A stretch of DNA of 63,994 bases, filler included, from Intoshia linei (Eukaryota > Animalia > Orthonectida), in NCBI GenBank assembly GCA_001642005.1. It is 12 parts of 12 records of this genome, joined end to end, with 100 filler letters (N's around TTAATTAATTAA, not from the genome) between each part and the next. Parts side by side here need not be neighbours in the genome. Positions count along the whole stretch, not along the records: positions 56,943 to 58,778 come from LWCA01002487.1; positions 58,879 to 60,426 come from LWCA01002574.1; positions 60,527 to 61,656 come from LWCA01002805.1; positions 61,757 to 63,994 come from LWCA01002360.1; 8 more parts are not named here. One strand, given 5' to 3'. The notes beneath the pieces are model-generated. The model saw only the letters and a program-made list of their open reading frames with translations, did no database searches and had not been told where the DNA came from. The translations under genes and the position numbers were made by a program. Positions 56,943 to 63,994 of the stretch are shown piece after piece. Within the stretch, counting starts at the first letter, position 1; every line of letters begins with the position of its first letter.

Positions 56943-57590
56943 TGCTAAAGAAGACAATCTCTGACTAAGCATTCTATTTCTACTGAAAGATTTTATTCGC
57001 TTTAAAGTGGAAAAAGATTTTTTCACCGAAACAGTTGTTGCTGGAATGGTCAATATTAACTGTAACAGTTTCACAAAAAGTTGAGTTTAGATCGTTTTCA
57101 AATATGAAAGTAAGAAGATCTTTAATAGATTTCGATTTTAGCATTTTGCAATTGTAAATCCCAACTAGATCACTTTTCAATCGCAGGACATCAAAAAACT
57201 GACCATAATTATGCTCTAAACAATTCAAAGCTAATTTGTCCATTTGAAAAACAATATTAAAATTTTTAATGGGGCTTACAGAAATAAACCTATGTTCCTT
57301 GAAGTGTTCGAACCTCTGATTTATTTGTTGACATACATTATCGAATATAAATAAAAAAATTTGTTTATTTTCTTGTCTGTTGTCTTTATTATTTCTAGAT
57401 TTTTTTTCAATGAGGTTGTTCTTTTTGGAATAACAATTAAAGTTTTCATATATGTCATCAAAATGGCTTCTTAATAATTGAAGTGATTTGTTGGTAACAT
57501 TTATTTTTTCAATACAATACGATATATCTACAATTTTTGTTTGTAACACGTTGAAAAGTGTATCAGTTTTAAAAAAAATTATTAAAGTAT
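56943..57590 (-). pseudogene. ZMYM1-like hAT transposase C-terminal fragment
   Basis: TDTLFNVLQTKIVDISYC, IFDNVCQQINQRF, YGQFFDVLRLKSDL, frameshifted TIPAT..ExxFSTLKRIK dimerisation motif. Confidence 0.85.
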
Positions 57591-58778
57591 ATTAGTAGAG
57601 TAAGTAAATTAAAGTAAAAAGTATTAGCAGCCTCAGGTGAGACAATATCTGATATTAACTGTACCTGTACTTTCCATTTAGCGCCAAGAGCAGCATATGC
57701 TGGTTTTTGAAAATAGGGAAGATCCATCTCTTCAAGCATATCTCCTTGTACATCAATTGTACGAGTAACTTTTAAGTAATTCATACCAAAATCAGTACTA
57801 GATGATGTGGCAAATATTGCAACACGAGCAGCTATCATTGCGGAGGCACTAAAATGAAAATATAGCTTTACACCACAACGAGAACAAGCAAACTATTGAG
57901 CCAAATACCTACCAGGGGTATAAACACTACTGCCAGCAAAATTATTTGAAATAAGTAAATTAACAGTAAGATCTAAGGTTTTGTCTGTATTAGAGAAAGT
58001 TTTCCAGGTATAAAATGTTGGTATCGCACCAATAGCTTCTATAGACATGTCTTCTTTTTTATATCTATAGGAGGTTGTTTATCATCGGCCCTATAGGATA
58101 AGGTCAAAACATTTGAAATACCAACTGAATTCGAAGTAGAATAAGCATTTCTCGCAAATAAGGCAGGACCCGTTTCAGACCGAGGGTGGGAGGGGCCTAA
58201 AAAAACAACCAAGGATATAAAATTATATGCATGACCTACAAAAGTCGTTATACCTCCAAGGATAGAAGAAAAAGTCTCAGACCAAGTACCAGTCAATTTT
58301 TTTTTTCTCCTGATTATCCATAAGCCAAATGTAAAAGATACTCTTTAGTAACTTTAGTAGGCTCATCATCTGTTATAAGTTGCTGAAATAGCAATCTGTC
58401 TATTTATTTCATCAATATCTTCTTCTTCATCCATCTCACTAATTTCCGAATCTGATTGGCCCAAGCAATAGCAGCATTTGGACCAATCTCCGAAAATTTA
58501 TGATACGAGAGACCAGTTTGTCCAAGATAGCCAAAAAGACGGACATTAGAGATACGCGCCCAAACTAAAATTTGAGGAGAATCAATATCTGAAGGCTCAA
58601 TTGGAGTCAATCTATAAAGATCAAATAGGCTGAATTTACTAACATCGGAAATCTGATTGCTTGTAAGGTCAACTGGGGAAGCAGTAATCTCATAATGTGT
58701 AAGGATCCAATTGTATGGATAATGCCCACTAAGACATATGCCAAATTTGCACATAAAAATTTTAATATTTAACCTCAC
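57590..58778 (-). pseudogene. Endogenous viral element: picorna-like (dicistro/marna/ifla-type) capsid polyprotein VP2-VP4-VP3, decayed
   Basis: VP2 end (HYPYNW, LYRLTPI, ILVWARISNVRLFG); VP4/VP3 junction-like LGPSHP (cf. GF/SKP); VP3 EDMSIEAIGAIPTFY, YLAQ*F..RCGVKLYFHFSASAMIAARV, TIDVQGD...LPY, VQLISDIVSP; at least one stop and frameshifts. Confidence 0.85.
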
Positions 58779-59959
58779 NNNNNNNNNNNNNNNNNNNNNN
58801 NNNNNNNNNNNNNNNNNNNNNNTTAATTAATTAANNNNNNNNNNNNNNNNNNNNNNNNNNNNNNNNNNNNNNNNNNNNGTATAATAATTATACAAATTAT
58901 ATATTAATGTATACTATATTTATATATATCTATCTTGGAACTTTTAGAAACTTCTTTCCATTCAATAAAAAGCGGCAATGCATTTGATATCAATGGATCC
59001 ATTACTGTAACTGGGCAGAGTTTTGAATTTTCAAATTTGCATCCCTTGTAAAAAATTGTCTGTTTAACAAGTGATTCATTTTAATCATGGCTATTTTAGC
59101 CGTAATGATAGCTCATATCGGAAAATCGGATATTATACTTATAATTTGATTTTTAAAATTTCAGCATGTCAAAGCTCAAGTAGTCTTTATCTACTAACGT
59201 AAAGCTGCCAGATTAAAAACGTACTCATTACTTAGTTACAAAATTATAATGTTGTATTGGAATTTTAAATGATTTCACATTATTTGAATTAATCGTATAC
59301 CATAGCGTATTATATTTTAAAAATTATTAATGTTTATTATAATAAACTTAAATTTTTAGTACGCTTTTATCAGTGCTGCCTAAAACGTACTTCTAGCAGC
59401 TTTAACTAACGGTGCATTGGTACACTATAATAACACATAAACATTTTCTTGAAAATATACAAGTTATATTTTGCAATTGTAATGTAACATTTGTTAATGA
59501 ATAATTTTTACGAATTTAATTTAAATAATGCTTTTGTAAAGAAAGATTATTCATTTTATTTAACGAAAAACATTTACACTACAAATATTCAAATTTCGAT
59601 TAGGATTCATTATTATAATTTGTTACTTTACCACCTTAAAATTTTTTCGAACTTATGGTTATTGAAGCTATTCAAGTTTAACCCTGTTTCATAAAAATTG
59701 AAGATAACACTATTTGTATAAAGCTCCAATAATTTATATACATTTTTAATAGAATTAGAAGTCTCTTTCACAAATTTAATTGCAAACAATCGATTCTTTT
59801 TTTAACTTATGATTATTATTACAAAACTTATTACCCCCTGAATTCTCGTATTATTGTAATCGATTATATTATTTTATAAATATACATTAGATCAGTGTTT
59901 TCAATTTGGCGCACCAGAATAGAATTAAAAAATAGTTTTATATTTGTTGGGTTATTGAA

Positions 59960-60335
59960 AGTATTTATAGAGTATAAGATTTTGCAAGGAAAAGCTGCTA
60001 ATTTAAGAAAAAACAAAAATATTTCATGAATTTATAAATAAAATGTAAATAATAATTATCAATTTCAGTAATAAATCAGAAATTTACATTGTACATTTTG
60101 AAACAGAAACGAAAGTTAATCGATTAAAAAATTCTAGTTTATGTTCTGCCCTAAAATATAAGACAGGGTTTTCAACTGCTGCGCGATAGTATGTTTAGAG
60201 AAAAATTAAAAACAAGCTATAAACCATTTCACAAAAGGTTATTTACATCCGATTTTTTTTATTTTACAATTCTATAAATAAATATTGTGGCTATACAGAT
60301 CATATGTTCAATGTTGATGAAACAGCTACACTTCA
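59960..60335 (+). pseudogene. pogo/Tigger transposase remnant
   Basis: YTDHMFNVDET catalytic-D motif and degraded HTH upstream. Confidence 0.65.
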
Positions 60336-61899
60336 GGACTTTGAATATAAGAAATATACGATTGGGAGGTCCTTAGTTTCGTATTATAAAATATTTACAA
60401 GATGTATTACTGTATTAACATATACANNNNNNNNNNNNNNNNNNNNNNNNNNNNNNNNNNNNNNNNNNNNTTAATTAATTAANNNNNNNNNNNNNNNNNN
60501 NNNNNNNNNNNNNNNNNNNNNNNNNNATATTAAATAATAAAATATATACAATTAATAAAATAAAAACTCCACCTAATTTGTAACTGTTCTGTAACCTAAA
60601 TTCTATGTTAAGTTTGAACGATTATATCTGATGAAAATTATGATAAAATAATATTTAGGGTTTATTCTTCATTTATAAGTGGCTCTAACTTAAAAGATTC
60701 AGCTTTAACAGCTTATATGCATATTTTTTCTTTTATTTCATTGGCACAAATAACTTCACGTGTATTTCGATATTGGTCATTTAATCAAAATTGATTACCA
60801 ATCCATTTTTTCGAAAAAAAATCATACATTTTATTATTATTTGATAAATACAGATGAATCTAAAGTTAATTTAAATGTCTTTGAAGTAGTTTNCTTCACG
60901 TGTATTTCGATATTGGTCATTTAGTCGAAATTAATTACCAATCCATTTTTTCAAGAAAAAATCATTAATTTAATTATTATTTAATAGATACAGATGAATC
61001 TAAAGTTAATTTAAATGTCTTTGAAGTAGTTTGAATGATTAACCATGTTTAATTATAATTATAAATACATGTGTATAATATAAATTTAATTATATTATAA
61101 ATTATAATATTCAAATGTATTTATTAATAAAATAATAATAAATAATTAATTTAAATTGTACACTTTCAAAATACCAAGCATTTCCTAGGGCTAATGCATC
61201 AGAATAAATACAAATTTTGTATATATTTTCAATATTTTTAGTTTCAATTTAAACAACGTATGTAGTGCTTGAATGGAATCCACGATCTTTTTGTTTTTTT
61301 AATGCTTTTTTTTCTGACCTGGCATAGTGGTTACACTGTTTTTTACCATATAGATATAACCAAACGTTTGCTTTTGTATTTGTGTTAGTTTGCTTCACTG
61401 TGACGAGTCGTAAATGTCATTTGTATTCTAAGTTTACACATAATTATGATTTTGACGTGCTGATTTGTTTTAAAAAATTATTTGTCTAACGGTTGAGTCA
61501 TTTTTGTTACATTTTTTATAATTTTTTAGTATAATTACTTTTCTGAAAAATAAAAAAATTTTATTTTTCAATATAAAATTTAAAAATGACTACAAAAATA
61601 ATAATTAAAATTATTAATTTAAAAATAAAGATAAAAAATGTGTTTAGGGTGGCTATNNNNNNNNNNNNNNNNNNNNNNNNNNNNNNNNNNNNNNNNNNNN
61701 TTAATTAATTAANNNNNNNNNNNNNNNNNNNNNNNNNNNNNNNNNNNNNNNNNNNNTTACGCGTATGTGACTCTAAATTAATTTCAACACGAGGGGCAGC
61801 TATATTAATGATAAATTATTAACACTAATGTAAATAAGGGTTGGGCAATCTTTTTCATCACGTGGACCACTTTTATCAAACTTTGTTTATTATTATTAT

Positions 61900-61986
61900 T
61901 AAAAAATTTATTTTTTTGGTATAATAAAAAAGTGCCCTCGGCAGAGCTAGGTGCTGTTTGTACGTAGTACAAAACTGCCAAGCTAG
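61900..61986 (+). mobile_element. Helitron 3' end
   Basis: TTTGTAC-GTA-GTACAAA hairpin then CTAG|T. Confidence 0.75.
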
Positions 61987-63391
61987 TTGTATTTATAATT
62001 ATAAATAACATACTATTATTATAATACAAAATAAAATTATATTTTTTTAAAATTTGAGTTTTATGCAAGAAGAAATGTTATCATAGATTTGCATCTGCAT
62101 ATTGCTATTAGTACTACAACTAATACAATTTTTAAAATTTTTCATGGGGGCGCGAGGTCAATAAAGTTGGGAATGTCTGTTCTATACGACATATATAATA
62201 TAAAAACATTTACAAAAGATTTATCTATCTCGCCAACTTTTTCTAAATCCCAAGAATGATGAGTTATAGAGAGAATACTGTATAAATAAATGAATAACTG
62301 ATTTGAATCATAAAATTTTCATAATTTCTTGTGTTTTAAACTTTAAATTTAATTTATTTGATATTTATCAAAGGTCAATTATATTTTGGAAATATCCATT
62401 ATTCTTTTTCACTTGATTAATGATTTTTATGTAAATTTTAAATTATTATTATATTAAAAAAAAGGGGAATTGGGTTTTAAATAATCATATTTTTAATTCT
62501 GAAGGACTATATTGCGGAAAATAAAATTTGGTATAAAGTAGGCCGCATACTCTATTATAATTGAAAAAGTGTATTAGAAATTGGGTTTTTTTAAATTTTA
62601 AGACTCTTCATTTTTTAAATAAGTAATGGATAATGACAAAAACAAAATAATGTATTTAAATTTTAATTTGACGCTGCTTTTCCAACTTTTAATGGTGATT
62701 AAAATTAAAATTGATATGTGAAATCTCTATAAATTGAACGATGCTTTAAAGTAGGCATTATCAACCTTTTTTGATCAATCCCACAGATTAAAAAAATATA
62801 TTTTTAATAAATTAATCTAGAGTTTTAATAATCCTATCAATTCTTAATATTTTTCAGGCCCCACGGTTGGAAAACACTGCAAAAACTAAACTAGAAAAGG
62901 CCCAAATAATAAAATGTATCATGCGTATTTTAATGATAAAATATATAGCTAAGTGCATTAGCTTTATGACATTTTCGTGCTAAATTATAGCTTAAAACTG
63001 TATTGAATAATTAATTGATATCCATTAGTAACGTATTAACTTTGTAAAATGAACATTTATTATTTATATCTTTTCATATTTTTCAACATCAACACACCAG
63101 TTTTACAACGAAATAATGGATTTTAAAACTATGAATGAACGTAATAGTATCTATTTAATAGATTATTGTATGCATATGAATAATTTTGTTAATTTTTGAG
63201 TAAATATGTAAAGTAGTTATTTTTAAATATTGTATAATCGTAAATTAATACTGGGATTAAAATTTTAATTAGAAAGTATTGTGCCATTAATTAAATATGA
63301 ATGATGAATTTATGAAAATTAATTCTGCTTTGATATTACCCACTTCAAAAATCCATTTGTTTGTATAGTTACTTATGTATTATGTGTACAT

Positions 63392-63994
63392 TAGGGTGTC
63401 ACATTTTTTTAAAAATTTGAGTTTTGCGGTGGTGCTCAAGGATAATTCTATTCTGATGAACAAAATAATAAATATCCTAAATTTATTCAGAAAATAAATG
63501 AGAATTCACCATGCAGGAAGCAATCAAACTTTTACGATAATTTTTTTAAAGTAACTTTATTTAATTTTTATTTATGATTTATTATGGTTGTGTTTTTTAA
63601 AAAAATTAATAATTGATACTATTTTTTGAACATCCTCTTCGATTTTTGAAATTTTAATGGCTTTTTTTGTATTTCATTAATGCTCATTCAGCTGGATTAT
63701 TGACAGAAGGAGCATTTTTCACGCATTTCACATCCTTGATGAAGTAATCAGTGTGAAAGGTAAATTTGAGTTTATCACAGTTGTATATACTTGTGAATAT
63801 TGGATTAATTGTTGACGTTGATGCCCAGGCAAAAATCATGGACATGTCATTGATTCTAGCTTTTTGTGTCTCAGCGGCCTTTAACTATAACGGTAAATAA
63901 CCATTGAAAGCCATCAAAGGAAACATTTTGCCTCATCAGTTTGATTAAATCCCAATATATAGGATTTATCACAATATAATATATGAAACATCCA
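63392..63994 (-). mobile_element. hAT-related (TAGGGTG-terminus, hATm-like) element 3' end with decayed transposase
   Basis: TAGGGTG terminus at ~63392; minus strand SVNNPAE*AL...EEDVQKIV resembling the VVND.AERG...EE..Q motif. Confidence 0.55.

Noticed and set aside
55424-58778. Helicase and capsid fragments as one chimeric virus genome
   Set aside because: Different contigs separated by a linker and a hAT fragment, and from different virus orders
60754-61032. ~140-bp tandem duplication
   Set aside because: Single N at the junction; likely haplotype overlap artefact

Overview
AT-rich eukaryotic (animal-like) genomic DNA made of 12 contigs joined by an artificial 100-nt spacer (44 N + TTAATTAATTAA + 44 N), so adjacency across spacers is not proven. 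Host genes are spliced and have both very short introns (36-39 nt measured in the hnRNP gene) and kb-long TE-filled introns. They include vWA-domain exons, a MICU1 N-terminal exon, SFSWAP, hnRNP F/H, a zeta-type DAG kinase, a chromo-shadow-only HP1, Rrp6/EXOSC10 and DNA2. The rest is dominated by decayed DNA transposons (several hAT groups, Tc1/Tc3, mariner, pogo/Tigger, piggyBac, MITEs) and an abundant non-autonomous Helitron family. The most striking content is three decayed endogenous RNA-virus elements: a virga/nege-like methyltransferase region (~7.1-8.15 kb), a virga/nege-like SF1 helicase (~55.8-56.8 kb) and a dicistro-like VP2-VP4-VP3 capsid region (~57.6-58.8 kb). Two of these run, co-oriented, directly into the coding sequence of a ZMYM1-type hAT transposase. 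All protein assignments are by motif recognition by eye; no database search was run.
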